64,000 bases of DNA from Lama guanicoe (lineage: Eukaryota), in assembly GCA_013239625.1 (NCBI GenBank), contig MU053588.1, forward strand, positions 3,872,799 to 3,936,798, in the 5' to 3' direction. The position numbers and the translations under genes were made by a program. A model generated the notes under the pieces. It was given only the letters and a program-made list of their open reading frames with translations. It did not search any database and was not told the DNA's origin. This document shows, piece after piece, positions 25,765 through 40,859 of the stretch (the stretch's first letter is position 1; each line of letters begins with the position of its first letter).

Positions 25765-26947
25765 CTGCGGGGAGGGGGCGGACGGAGAGGAGAGGGGGTC
25801 ACACGAAGGTCAGGTGCTCGCTCCCCAGCCTGCGCTGGAAGATAAGGGGGGTGTGCCTGCTGGGCCCGAGAGGGGATAGCGCAAGGCCAGGGCATGGGGC
25901 TGGGGAGGGGGGGGAAGGAGCAGGGCAGGACCGAAGGAAGACATCTCTCCACCTTCTGCCCTGTCCTAGGTTTAGCCCACTTCCAGAACTTACAGGAACA
26001 CTTACTGAGTGCCTACGGTGTGCCAACATTGTTCTATATACCGAGGCTGTGGGCGAACAGAACAGAAACCCTGCCTCCCTGGAGCTTACGTTCCACATCC
26101 ATGGAGCCATGTCCTGCTCCTTTTTGGGGGGACACTATAGTAACTGCAGTCATCCCAGTAGCAAAAACAATAGTTAGCATGTATGGGGCACTTTGGAGGT
26201 ACTAGGCATTGCTCCATCCCTTTTATGGGTTGTGACTCTGCACACAAGTCAGTGAGGTTGAAAGTATCCTTATCCCCATTTTATAGATGTGGAAACTGAG
26301 GTCCAGGGCTCAAATGACTGCTATTAATGATAATGTGTACTTCTTATTGAGCGCCACTTGTGTGCCAGGCACTGCAAGGGGCACTATCTCACATTGCCAA
26401 TAACCCGCATTTTATACCCAAAGGTATGGGGGAAAGAAGGGCAGGCAGTGTGATTGGGGATGTGGGGGATGGGATGAGAGGGGAAAGGGTGGAGAGCTGA
26501 GTGTCCAGTGAGGCATGAGATAGGAGGCAGGGTATGGGTGGGAAGGGCTCCTGGGTTTGGGGGTGGGTTATTGGGAGCTCAGGTGTAGGGAAGGACCTGT
26601 GGGCACACAACTAGGATCTTGGGTTGCTTGGGACTGGAATAGGTGAGGACTCAAGGATGCAGGATGAAGATCTGGGAGGCTGCGCCCTGCCTGGGGGCAG
26701 GAACTCTCAGCATCTACAGGTGTGCAAGGTGAGACCAAGGGCAGCAGGTGGAGAAACATCAGAGCTGCTCCAGGTGGCTCTGTCTGTCTGTCAGTGGTTC
26801 ATCCCCTCCGGGTGGATGAGGGTGTGGATGTATTGCAGGGTGGAGGAAGCACATTACTCAGCCCAGGAGGTGGAAAGTGTGAGCCAACAGGGTGTGGTGG
26901 GGGCAGGGGGGAGCAAGGAAGGGACTCAGGGGCTGGGCCTGCCCTAC

Positions 26948-27043
26948 CTGGACCTCTTTGGCGTGAAAGGCCACAATAAGGCATAGGAGCAACAACGTGG
27001 AAATGCTGATCATACATTTAACCAGGAACAAGTAGACCACCCA
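26948..27043 (-). CDS. KCNN4: KCNN4 exon 2 (S2)
   Basis: [32 protein letters not shown]; cag/gtaggg; 96 nt. Confidence 0.97.
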
Positions 27044-27372
27044 CTGTCGGGAGGGAGAGAAAAAGGGGTGAGATCCTAGGTCAGTTCCCTCTACCTGCCT
27101 CCCAAACCCACATCCCTTCTCAATCCCCAATTTCCTAGTTTCTTAATCCCCAACCCAGTTCCTCCCGATGTCTCAGGTCTGGGGACGTCTCAAAACCATC
27201 ATCTGGTCCTCAAGGAGAGCACCCTCTTCTTTCCCAATGGGACAGCCCTAGCCTAGATGCCAGTGTCCACCCTCCTCCTCAGCTCTTCTAGGACCACACG
27301 CCTGAGGAAAGACCTTGAAACGCACATTTCTTCTTAAATCCCCATACCCTTCCCTGTCAAAAGTAATTCCTC

Positions 27373-27374
<2 letters not shown>

Positions 27375-27406
<32 letters not shown>
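27375..27406. repeat. (GT)n microsatellite
   Basis: About 16 perfect GT units. Confidence 0.95.
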
Positions 27407-27408
<2 letters not shown>

Positions 27409-29279
27409 AGGGGTGTCTAGAAACAGACATTTAGTCTCTAAAGAGCACCCCTTCCCTTCCCACTCAACTGGTTTCTGCCCTAGAGAGCAACTTCAAGTCC
27501 CCCTGAATCCCCCCCACCCAATCCCTGAGGAGCTTAGAAACTTATCACTCAATCCCCGAGGAATGAGTGACACCCTCCACTGCCCTCATCCAGGGAGCTG
27601 GGTACCTGAGACCTGAGCCCCAGCTCTGAGAAGGGCCCCCCAGTCCTGCCCTGTGCATCTCCTCTCCACCTGCCCCCCCAACCCACCTCCTGCCCTGCCT
27701 CTTGGCTCTAAGCCCAGGACAGATCTGGCTGGAAGCACATGGCCTCCAGAAACCACGGGAAGTTTTTTTTCCCTCTCTTTGTGTAACAGTAACTTAGAGG
27801 AATCTAGAATTCTTGAGCGAAAGATTTAGAGGGGACTGGGGCTGCTGGATTCCCTAGGAGGTGTTGTGGGGGGGGGTCCCTGCCTGGGAGGTGGTGTGGG
27901 GAGAAAGGGGCCACCTAGGCTCCCACACAGAGTTCAGCACCTGTTTCTCCTAAAACGCTGCCAGCTCCCCTCGCCTGGCCAGCCTCTGCAGAGGAAGAGG
28001 GCCAGTTTCCTGCCCCAGGGAGCCTACCCCCCCTCCCTGAACAATGGTCCTCTTGTCCTTAGCCCTCCCCCACCCTTTCATCCTTCCATGGCTCCCCAGT
28101 TACCTGTCTTCTTTGTTTTGTCCCAGACAACACCTCACTAGACACAACCCCCTCCCCACTCCCCAATCCACTTCTCTGGTGGTCCTATCTCCTTTCCAGT
28201 TCCTCTTGCCCCAGATCCTAGACCCCTTTCTCTGTGGCTGTACCACTCTGTCTCTCACTGCATCTTTGTCTTAGTCTCTCTGTCTTTGTCTCTCTGTGTA
28301 TCTCTGTCTCTCTCAGTCTCTGCCTCTGTCCCTCTCTCCATCCTTCCCTTTTCCCCAACCCCTGCTGATATCCCCATCATGTTCCCCTGCATCCGTGGGA
28401 TTTGGCACCTGTCTCTGCCCCTGTCCCTCCCCTCTGGTGAGCAGGTGCCTAGATCTCAGCAAAATGAGCCATTAGATTGCGATGAAGGTGGAGAGAGGAC
28501 ATGGATGTTGTCAAGGCTGTCACAGAAAGGGGGCTGAGGAAGCATGTATTTCAACCCTTACCCCCAGTTTCCAGTTGGGGAAACTGAGGCTCAGAGAGCT
28601 GCAGCAGATTTCAGAGTCCCACTGCTGGACAGAGGCAGCAGCCTGGCAGGTGGTGGAGGGAAGGCAGCCATGGGAGGTGAGAGAGCCAGGGGACAGGGTG
28701 GTGAAAGAAAGACCACCCCACCCCCCATCCTTCCCATCAGCCAAAGCTCCTCTGTCCTCACCTCCCCTGCTGGCGGGGCACTGAAGCATGGGAGCGGTGG
28801 GTCGGCCCAGCCATGGGCTTCCTGTTGGCAAGGGCTTTAGCGGCCCCACCCCCTCAGTGCCCGCTGCCCTCGCCTGGCTACCCGGCCAGAGGAACCTAGC
28901 CTGCCCTGACCCTCCGTGTGGCTTCCGGTCACTTCCAAGCTGTCTGCCTGTCCCACCTGCAAATTTCAGCCTGAGTCCCCCAGGAATCCCCCAACTCAGT
29001 CCTCAAATCAGTGTGCCCCAACCAGCCCAATTCCTGGTCCCTTACCCCAGACAGATCCCCAACCCCTCCTTTCCTGTTGAGTAATTCTGTCCTGTCCTTA
29101 AGCCGCCAATTCTGACCTGGGTCCTTCATCTGCCCCCATCGCTGCCTGGACCGGGGCTGAAATGTGCTGGGAGCCTGCTCAAACCTGTCCCAGGGCCCCA
29201 TCTGTTCTTTCCTTCCCCACTAACACTAGCCTCAAAGTCAGTCCCTCTTCCCCTATAAGATGCTCTAAGCCTCCTTCAA

Positions 29280-30560
<1,281 letters not shown>

Positions 30561-33399
30561 CTGAAACCCACAGCCACACCCAGACACCGCACACATGGTG
30601 TGACACACGCCAGCACTTGCCGAGGCAGTCAGCGCCCCGTGGCACACATGGCCACCCAAATACTGTCCACACACAGGCACACACGTTGCAATCAAAGTTG
30701 GCACACAAATGGCCACACTGAGACGCCACACAGGGTGATGCCGATTCATAGCTACACAGAAACAACAGATACCAAGTGTTCCACAAACACACAATCTGTA
30801 TTGACCTAGCAGTATCCAGATGCCACATGCAACATATCTTTGTGAACAGGGCACTCATAGCACCCAGACGTCACACTCCCGTGGAATGATAACCAACAGG
30901 TGCAAGCATACAATTAAGGACACACCCCTGGCAGCCTCCAATCACTCAGCATGTAGAGGAACACACACACATACTTCATGGCACACGGTGACTCCAGCAC
31001 ATGTGTTCATAGAATGATTCACAACACACATGGATTCACCTGGACACACCATATACCCGGCACACAACACCATTCAAATATACAGTCAGAGAGCAGGATG
31101 CATGCAGGGACCTACAGGCTTAGTGACACACAGAAACCCCAGTAGCACATGCCCCATGTAAGACATTCTGATCTACTTCGATGCATCACGTGGCACAACC
31201 CAGAATGGTGCCCCACGGGGCCAGGCACAAACTACACGGACCCCGATGCCCAAGAGCAATGTGCACAGAGTAAATCAGGCACCGTCGCCTCAGACTGACA
31301 ACACATACCGCACCTACACACGGCCTGGGACACCACACACTCCGACATGGGTGGCCACACAAACACAACATATACAGAGTAATATGCAAAGACAAAATGA
31401 CGCAAAACACATTGATACAGTCTTGCCAGCACAGCCTTTCACAAACACCATGTGTCACATGAAACAGCAGATGTGACCCAGTGACACAGCCGACACAGAC
31501 TTGCATCAGCACCACACATTGCATCAGGAGACACCCTCTGGTACAGTGAGATCCATAGCCATGCAAACACAACACTCCAAGTGTGGGTACTCGGGCTGTG
31601 TTCTTGGCAGGGAAAGGAGCAGCCCCTGACACGGACAGGTACCTCAAAGGAGACACAGGTCACATCCCTGAGTGATACACAGCTTTACACACACGATGCC
31701 CATAAAGAGACACAACACACACTGACAGGCAGGAAAACAAATACTATGCAGAGTGATGCCTGGTGACTCCCAGAAGTCACAGCAACGCAGCATGTGACCA
31801 CATGCAGCAGCGCAGAAGTCATGTATGGACCCGTACACACCATACACCTGGACACAGATCAAAACCGTCTTACAGCAATGCACAGGGACTCACTGGCACA
31901 GTGACACAAAACTACTCGCATGGTGTCACCGGTGACCCTCTGGACACCACTCTTGGGGGAACACACAGATGTAACTCCTCGCCGCTCCCGTGTCATATGT
32001 CATGCAGGAACGTGGACCCGCCAGCCACAGCGCAATGAGACACACAGAGGCAAGCCTGGCGTCACACCAACGCAACCCACACAGACACACCCAGAGACAC
32101 CAAACCGCACACATAGACCCGCCCAGTGACAAAAACACAACCTATGCTGGGGCCCCGCCCCATGGCGCAAATGTGATTCCCACTCGGGGTGAGATGCGGT
32201 GGTGGGAGAGTGATGGAGACACTCCTGGACGTCGCTCGCATATCTGCTGGAGAAGATGCCGCCCATCTGTCTCTCCCTCTCTCTGTGCCTCTCTCCTTCC
32301 TCTCACCTTCTCCGGGCCTCACCCCAGTCTTTCCTGCTCTGGAAGCCTCTGGGTTCATCTTTGTCTCTGACCCTGTCTGTCTTCCTCTCCTTTATGCCTT
32401 TGTCTCCCTCGGTCTGTTCTGGCTCTGTCTCTAAGTATCTCTCTGTCTGTTTGTCTGTGTCCGTTTCTCTCTCTGGCTCTGCCTCTCTTTGTGCCTCTCT
32501 GGCTCTCAGCAACTCTTGTCTCTATCTCTGCTTTTCTATTTCATTCTCCCTCCTTGGCACTGACTCTGCCCCCTTGTCCCTCTCTGTGTTCCTCCTTCTC
32601 TGTCTCTGTGCTCCCGTCTCTGTCTCTCGCTCTCTGATTCTGTCTCCATCTCTGTGCTCTCTTTTCTGTCTCATTCTCTCTGTCTCTAGTGCTTCGTATC
32701 TGCATCTCTTTTTGATTCTAGGTCTTTCTCTCTCTGTCGGTGACGCGGTTTCTCTGTCTTGCTCTCTCCCTGCCTCTAGGTCTCCCTTTGGGCCTCTCTC
32801 TATCTCTCTCTTAGAGGGTCTCTAAGCTGACCTCCGCCTCCATTTCCCTCTCCTGTTCACCAGCACAGCTGGGGGACAGCCTCGCCCAGGTGTCAAGGAC
32901 CAGAGACGCAGAGAGTGCAGCTGCCTGAGAGGGTCAGCAGCCACGGAACAAGACCACGAGCCCCAGGCCCTCCACAGCCTCTGTGCTTCAGTGCAGGCAA
33001 CTGTGAAAAACTGACCGACAGAAGAGAGAGAGGGAAACTTTGAGTGCTGTAGCCAGAGGGGAGGGAGGGAGGGAGACAGAGGAGGTGGGGGAAGAGGTGA
33101 AGGAGAGAGAGAAAATTTTTAAAAATCTCAAAAGAAACAGAGACAGAAGAAACCCAGAGGTAAAGAGAAAGCAGGAGTCAGAATGAAGACATGGAAGTTA
33201 GAGCAGAGGGAAATTTTATCTCCAAAGAGATCATGACTAAAAGAGAAAAACAGAGTGAAGGCTGGGTGTGGGAGACGCCAGGGTGGGCAGCAATGTGGTC
33301 GCAGTGGGAAGGGCACCTGCCTCCAAAGGGAAGTTCTGGGCTGTGTGGGTCAGTTGGTTGGACATGCGGCTCCAGAGCCAGCTCCCTCCAGCCCAGAGA

Positions 33400-33436
33400 G
33401 GGTGACTCAGGGCCCCAGCGCTTCCTGTGACTCAGC
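33400..33436. promoter_or_regulatory. Paired AP-1 sites with adjacent ETS motif (candidate enhancer)
   Basis: TGACTCA at 33403-33409 and 33428-33434; CTTCCTG at 33421-33427. Confidence 0.5.
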
Positions 33437-34351
33437 CTTGGTCTCAATCCTGGAGTGGGGAGTGGAGGGGGAGAGGGGTCTCTGGAAAAGAGGGAGGGGG
33501 GACCACCAGGGGACCCCTGTGCCGAGAGGAGGGGGTGGGGCAGCTGAATGGGACTTTGAGGGGAGGAGGGGCTGTGGGCCTGGACTCCTGGGTCTGAGGC
33601 AGAAGGGGCTGAATCCCCTATTCCTGGTCCAGGAAGACTAGAAGAACTGATTCCAAAGTCCCTAAGACTTTTCCTTGGCTTCCTCCCAGCTGCCCCACCT
33701 TCATCCCAGCCCCATCTCCGGGCCTGGAAATGTCCCAGATGCCTTGGGGCCCAGCCGGAAGGGGCCAAAGACAAAGAATTGTTTAACTAGGCAGGGTGGC
33801 GGAGGGGTGAAGAGGGTGTCTCTGACAGAAAGGTCACTCATGGCCCAGCGTTGTGCAGAGAAAGGCGGGGCTCAGCCCCTGGGGGAAGACATCCTGAAAG
33901 TCTGAGGTCTGTGGCAGCAAATCCTCCACCGCTGTTTTTTGGATTTAGCCGTTTGGAGGCTTCAGGGCATTGGGGTACTGCCACCTGGTGGTGTCTTTGG
34001 AACTGCAGGCTCTCTGCTTGTCTAGCCTCGTTTCTGGCGGGCATTGATGGAGCGTCAGGTACTGCTTTAAGCGTTGGGGATACAGTCTTAACAGATAAAA
34101 CCCCTGCTCCCATTGGGAGCTCTCAGGCTAAAGGATGGAGACTTTGTGGCTCTGTCAATCTCTCCCTTTTGCCTTTCTCTCTGTGAGTCTTTCCTTCTCT
34201 CTCTGTATCTCACTGGCCTTACTTCTTAGTTTCTGTCTCCCTGGTCTTTGTCTCCAAGTGCATGCCTGTTTTTACTTTCTCTTTGTATCTCCGTGTTCCC
34301 CACCAATTAAAAATTATGTATTTTATTAGGATAAATTTATATATATTTTGA

Positions 34352-34460
34352 GGGGAGGGTATAGCTCAGTGGTAGAGTGCCTGCTTAGCATGCACAAGGC
34401 CCTGGGTTCAATCCCCAGTATCTCCATTAAAAAAATAAATGTAAAAAAAGAAAGAAAAAA
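34352..34460 (+). mobile_element. tRNA-derived SINE (short Vic-like copy)
   Basis: GGGGAGGGTATAGCTCAGTGGTAGAG...GGTTCAATCCCCAG plus A-rich tail. Confidence 0.88.
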
Positions 34461-35945
34461 TATATATGTACAGCTCTATCACATTCTGGGTGTCTAGAGA
34501 CTTTGGGTCAGTTGAGTCAAGCCTTAGTATGACCATGGCCACTGACTTTATATTTTTGTGTGGAGCATAACACATGTTCAGCCTGATTTAGAGACAGACC
34601 TAAGTTCATGTCCAGCTCTGCTATCCCTATGTGCCCTGTGAAACCTGTCAAATGGGGATGCTTGTATTCTGTTTCACAGGGTTGTTTGAGGATTAGGTGA
34701 GGTGGAATATCTGGATCCCTCAGCACAGGGCCTGGCATATGTAAGCACTTGTGGTACATTGTCTCCCAAGCTGGTTCCAGTAATTCCTCCTCTCTGTGCC
34801 AATGTGTGGCTTCTCCAACCAACAGGTAGGCTCTTTGTTCCTTCTCCTTCAATCTGGCTGGCTTTTGGATTGTTCTGACTAATAGGATGTGGCGGAAATG
34901 CTGCTGGGCCAGTTCCCATTCCAGTTCTTAAGAGATCTAGAAGCTTTTGCTTTTGTTCTTTTCAAACTCTAAGGCTGCCATGCTGTGAGGAAGTCCGACT
35001 GGTCACATGGAGAGGCCTTGCAGAGGAGGATCAAAGCATCCTGGCCAAAAGCCCCAGTCCAGCCCCAACTGAATTCAGCTGCTTGAGTGACCTCTGAAGA
35101 GACCAGCAGAAGTGCCCAGTCAACCCTCAGAATCATGAGAAATAATACACAATAGTAAAAATAAGTTATCGTACTCATCTGCTCATTTTTATGTTTTATT
35201 AAAAGTTTCCATAATAAAAGTATGTATGAATAGCTAATGGAATAGATAGTAGAAATTGCACTTTATAAATTGCAGCTAGTATCATTTTGCTTCTCTCTTT
35301 TTGCCTCTTAGTCTTTCTTGACTCTTTCAGTCTCTGCTTATCTTTCATATTTTCCTATCACTCTTTATCTCTTGCTCTTAGTGTGTCTTGGTCTACTACT
35401 ATCTTGCCCAAACCCCTCCTGCCACTTTCCCCTCCGTTTACTTTGCTCCCCTACATTGGCCTTCTTGCTGCTCCTCAAACATGCCTTGCCCTTTCCTGCC
35501 TCAGGGTCTTGGTGCCTGCTTTCTCCTCAGCCTGGGTGCTTTTACCTCCAATCTACTCACGGATCATGCCTTTCCTTCATCCATTTGCTGCTTGATACGG
35601 TCTCCTCCTTGACCACCTCTTCAAAAATGGTCTCCTCCCACCTCATAAATAACCCTATATGATATTTCATTGCTTTGTCTTTATCATGGCACTCAGGACT
35701 ACTCAAATGATCTTGTTTTCTTGTTTTTCTAATTGTTCAGGACAGGGATCTTGCCATTCCCAGCATTCAGAACAGTGCCTGGTGCATCGGAGATGCTCAC
35801 TGGCTGTTTTTTTTGAAGGAATGCTCTTATTCAATAGTACTGATTGGTTCTCCTTCAACTCTACCCTCTCCCCCTGTTCCATACTGTCCTGGAAATGGGA
35901 AGGATGTCATTTCCTCATTTCCTTTGTCCCACCTATAGGAGTTGA

Positions 35946-35999
35946 GTTGCTGTCTGTGGTTCTGAGACCCAGTGCTGTGGATCTGTCCTTGGTGCTGAC
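35946..35999 (-). promoter_or_regulatory. Tandem RE1/NRSE (REST) sites
   Basis: GTCAGCACCAAGGACAGATCC (35979-35999) and CTCAGAACCACAGACAGCAAC (35946-35966) versus consensus TTCAGCACCACGGACAGCGCC. Confidence 0.7.
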
Positions 36000-37767
36000 T
36001 CAGGCTCCCATTTCCATTAATCCGGGGAGGGCAGCAGAATGTTAGGAAAGGGACAGTGTGTACATGATCCAGGCATTGGACCATCTGGATCACTCAGAGA
36101 AGGCAGGCATCTGAATTCTGAAGGGAGGGAGTGCCTGGGTTATTGGGTTCAACAGGTATGTGTTCTGTCTATCATCTATCTATTCATGCATACATACAGT
36201 TGTATACATATTATTATCAAGGAAAACGTCAAACAAATAGAAGTGCACTGAAGAATACAATAAACCTCCATGTACCCATATAACAAATACCAGCTCATGG
36301 TTAATTGCATCTCACCTGTGCCTCCTCCCACTCACTCACTTCCTATGTTATTTTCATGCAAATCCCAGACATGATATCACTTAATTATATGTCATATTTT
36401 GTATTTTGTTTCTTTTTGTTGGGGTTTGGCTCACACACATTGTAAAGTTCACAGTTCTTAGGAGTACAGCTTGATGCTGTCCTCCCTGTGTATAGACACG
36501 TGTGACCATTACCTCAAGCAAGTCATTGAGCACCTTCATTGTCACAAGAGGTTCTCCTGTGCCCTCTCGCAGTTGATACACCAGAGGTAGCCAGTATTCT
36601 GATCTCTGTCACCAAAGATTAAAAAGCCACACTCGGAGAGTCCCAAGACCTGGGCTCTAGCCTTGACTTTGCTGTTGGCATTAGTAATTTTTTTGGTATG
36701 AAATATACCATGCGTGCAGAGAGTGCATAACTATAGAGCTATATATTGGACAAGTGACTATATTTGTGAACCTCCATGAAATCACAACACACCCAGAGAG
36801 AAAACTGCCACTCCCCACAATCTTCCGGTGTGTTCTTCTGTGACCACATCCCCCTTCCCAACCTCTAGAGGAAACCAGTCTCCTCACTCGTCAGGAATTT
36901 TACACCTCAGCCCTGACACATTCTGTTTTCTTGGTTCTTCCTTCTCCCTCTGAGCCCTTCAACACTAAGTGACCTCTGACCCTGGAAACCGTGAATGAGA
37001 GACCCCATCACCAACCTCTTCCTGGTCTTGCTGCCTCTTTCCCCGCCATGGGTCCCCTGCAGGATCACAGGGACAGCTGGCTTTGACCATGCTTCTCCCC
37101 TGCTTGAAGCCCTTCTGTGGATCTCCATTGGCTGCAGGGTAAGTTCTGGAAACTTTATCCTCATCTGACATTTTAAGCCCCTCAGGGGTGCTGCCACCCT
37201 CTCCATCCTCATCTTCTTTTCTCACTTTGTACACAGACCACGCCCCGCCCTGATGCATACAGTCCTTCCTACCTGGAATGCCCTTCTTCCTGCTCCTTTG
37301 CCAATTCCTGCTTGTCATTTAGGAGTCTTCTCAGAGATCCATTCCCATCAAGAGCCTTCTCTGGTTTACCTCTTTGGAGTTCCCTTAGACCTTCGTGCTT
37401 TGTGATTCATCAGCCATGAGCCTCCAGGTTTGGGACTGTCTCTTTCCAGGCCAGGAGGGCTGGGTTGGGTCTGACTCATTGCTGGGTCCCTGGCATCACC
37501 CAGTTCAGAAGAAGAGGTTATAAATGTTTGCTGACTGTCCTTCCCTGTAGCTCCCTCTGTCGCTTATTTGTTCCTGCTTCTGTCCTGCTGTCTCTCTGCC
37601 GTTTAACAAATGTTTTCTGAGACCTTGTTGTGGGGTGGCCCTCCTACCTGGAATGCTCTTCCCCACTCTGTCCACCTGGTGACCTCCTACTCACCCTTCA
37701 GGACCCAGCACAGGCTTCGTCCTCAGTGAAGTCACCCCCGATGCCCCAACCCCTAATCAGAGTAGCA

Positions 37768-37822
37768 TATCTATCTATCTATCTGTCTATCTTTCTATCT
37801 GTCTGTCTGTCTATCTATCTAT
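37768..37822. repeat. (TATC/TGTC)n tetranucleotide microsatellite
   Basis: Directly visible. Confidence 0.9.
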
Positions 37823-37844
37823 CCGCCTGGTGTAAATCCTCCAA

Positions 37845-38272
37845 TGGATTCTGTATCACTTTGGAATCGAACAACAGAACTAGTGGGAGATATATATTAA
37901 GAGACTGATTGCAAGGAATTGGCTTATGTGATTTGGGGGGGCTGCCAGGCAAGTTCAAAATCATAGGGCAGACTGTCAGGAAGGGCAGGCTGTCAGGAAG
38001 GACAGGCTGGAACTGTTGGTCATGGGCTGAAGCTACTGTCTACAGGTGGATTTCTTTTGCAGGGAGTCCTCAGCTCTGCTCTTAAGGTGTTTGAACTGGC
38101 TGAATCAGCCCCTGGCCAGATGATCTTGGATAATCTCCCTTAGTTAAAGTCAACTGATCATGGACTTTCATCCCATCTCCAAAAACCATTCACAGCAACA
38201 GTGAGATTAGCATTTGAATAAATAACTGGGACTGTAGCCTAGCCAAGTGGACACATCAGACAGACCACTGTA
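37845..38272. mobile_element. MLT2 (ERVL) LTR relic
   Basis: AAGGAATTGGCTTATGTGATT...TTAAAGTCAACTGAT...AGCCTAGCCAAGTGGACACAT. Confidence 0.7.
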
Positions 38273-39809
38273 GCTTTGAACCACATTTGCAATCAAATTC
38301 AAAGTCGGCTTTCCCCACTAGAAAGGCTATTTCCTAGACTGTGGGCAATTTGCCTGTTTTGTTTACTGCTGTAGGCCCAGCAACTAGAATAGTGCCTGGC
38401 ACACAGTAGGTGCTCATACATGGGACAAATGTACGAATAATGACATTCAGCTTCCCCGTCTTTGTCAGGCTGTAGGGACACCTAGAGCCCCTCTCCTTGT
38501 CCTCACAGGCATGTAGCAGCGTTTCTGAGATGCCCTCCTCCACACAAAGCTGCCTGGCGGAAGAGAGTTGAAGATGTGGAAGTCCATCCTTGCTATGGCA
38601 CTTACTTGGAAAATCACTCTCTCTTCCTGTGCCTTGGGCAACTTGTCTGCAAAACGGGGATGCAGCGCCCTTTCCTGCTTACCTCACCGGGTCGTTAGGA
38701 GGATTAAGTTGGGGGGAAATGATGGGAAAGGACATTGTAAAGCACGTGCACAGAGGATGTGCTGGAGGATTCCATGTCTATGAAGCTCACTTGCTTGTGT
38801 AAGTGTCCTGCACACTCTGGGTCTCTTCCTACCTCCAGCTCTTTGTCCAGGTTTTCTCCTTGACCCAGAATGCCCTTCCTCCTCTTTCTCTTTGCCATTT
38901 CCTCTTTATCCTTTAGGATTTTGCTTAAGGTTACTTCCTCCAGGAAGTCTTCCCTGATCTCCATGGGTTGGAGAATTTTGCCTGGTTCAGCTTTGCCTCC
39001 AGTGTTTTTCTGTCGGTTTAATCAACACTCATGTGTCTGGGAGATAGAGTTGCCTAGCAGTTCATAGGGCTTGAAGTCACACTCCAGGTTCCCCATTTAC
39101 TAGATATATGAGCTCAAACAAATGCCTTCACCTCTGATTTCCTCATCTGTAACATGGGGATTAAGACAGTTGGCTACTTGGGTGACTTTTGTGTCCCTGG
39201 GACTCCATATTCATCCCATTAAATCCTGATCACAACCATTCTGAAGTAGTTCTTGTCATTATGGTAGGTTTTATTTTCACCCCTGCCTGACAGATGAGGA
39301 AACATAGGCTCAGACAGGTTAAGGATCTTGCCCAAGGTCACCCACAGGCAAGTAGAACTAGGGTTGGAATCCATGCAGCCTAGCTCCAAGGTCTGGGCTC
39401 TGAACTTCTAGAATATACTGGATATACTGCTTCTTGAGGCTCCCCTGATGATACTAATAAAGACATCATCGTAGCTCCTTGCTGGAGCTGGTCCTAGGCT
39501 CTGGAGAGAGAGCACAGGAAATGGGTTTTGAGGAACCAGGGCCTGGTGCTGAGCAAGTGATATCTACGATCAGGTCTGCTCTTCATGCAGGGTGGGATGT
39601 GGCTGTTTCTCCCCACTCTGGGATGCTGGGGACTCTGCCAAATTTCTCCCAGGCCTGCTGACCAGGTAAGGACTGGGCATTGGTGGGAAAGTAGGAGGAA
39701 GAAAGAGAGAGACAGACAGGAGTGCAACATTCCAGGGACTGGGCAGTGAGAACGGGGTGTGTGTGCCCTGCCCCCAGTATCCTGCCTGTGGAGAGGCTGG
39801 AGGGGCTGT

Positions 39810-40069
39810 CTATGAGGAGAGCCCGAGGGGTCCTCTCAGAGTGCCAACCATTAGGGGGACCGTGAGGAGCAGGAGCAGGAGGTGGGGCGCCCGGGGAGGG
39901 GCGGTGGCCAAGGCACTGGTGAAGGACTGGCTCACGGAGTCCTTGTTGCAGAGATGCCCCTCACAGCAGGAGCCCTGGAGGTCGATGTTGGTCCACGGGC
40001 TGGTGGTGCCCTTGATGGTGCAGGAGGGCCGCTGGCAGGTTCTGATGTACACAGGGACTGAGAGATTGC
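39810..40069 (-). CDS. LYPD5: LYPD5 exon 5 (end of LU domain 2, GPI signal, stop)
   Basis: [16 protein letters not shown]...[10 protein letters not shown]...[15 protein letters not shown]...*; Ly6/uPAR CCxxxxCN motif; aag acceptor. Confidence 0.93.
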
Positions 40070-40294
40070 CTTGGGGGTAGAGCAGTGGAGAGGGGTCAGA
40101 ATCGAGGGAGGCAGCTGCACCTGAACCTCCATCTCAGAGGCCAGGGTCACGACTGGGCCCTTAGATCACCTTCCAATCTCCCTCTTTAGAATAGGGCCAT
40201 GCCTCCTCCTTCAGACCGGAGCCGCGTCTCCCTGTCAGGCCTGCCCTGCCTCCACACCGGTTGCCCAGGCCCTCCTACAATCCCAGGTCCTCAC

Positions 40295-40441
40295 CAGCGG
40301 TCATTTGGCCATTGCCCTGGAAGCAGACGCTTTGGTCCTGGTGACACTGGACCCGCCGGGATTTCTCCGGGGTGCAGTCCTCTGGATGGATCCCCACGCA
40401 GGCGTAGCACTCGATGCCGCTGAGCGTGGGTGGGTTGGGCG
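40295..40441 (-). CDS. LYPD5: LYPD5 exon 4
   Basis: [48 protein letters not shown]; cag/gtgagg; phase 1-1. Confidence 0.95.
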
Positions 40442-40649
40442 CTGGCGAGAGTGGAGACGCACACTCAGATAATGGTCCTCAGGTACGGTCGTGCGGGTTG
40501 CGTGCGCACTGCCTGGCTCCAAGTCGGGGCTGGAATCCTGGCGGGCCTACGGGAGGAGCCCGGCGGAAGCCACGCCCCTCCCGCCTGGGCCTGGGCCCCT
40601 CCCAGCCCGGTTGGTCCCGCCCCACACCCAGCCCCGCCCCCTCGCACAC

Positions 40650-40826
40650 CTGGGCTCAGATTGGGGAGGGAGTCGTGGGTCAAGAGGTGCGCGTTACAGA
40701 AGTCGGTCCCACAGCCGCGCACCACGGAGTAGTCGGGCGGCAGCGCCTTGTCGTTCCACTGCATCTGGCCCGTAGGCGGGCCTGTCCAGCACCCCTTCTG
40801 AACCAGGGTCACTGCGGCGCGGTACC
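40650..40826 (-). CDS. LYPD5: LYPD5 exon 3
   Basis: [19 protein letters not shown]...[31 protein letters not shown]; cag/gtgtgc; phase 1-1. Confidence 0.94.
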
Positions 40827-40859
40827 CTGGGGGCAGGAGGGGATGGGGTCTGGTGCGCT

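Noticed and set aside
34352..34428. tRNA-Ala-like sequence (also at 43948, 13417 and others)
   Set aside because: Dispersed copies with A-rich tails, TSDs and divergence; SINE heads rather than tRNA genes
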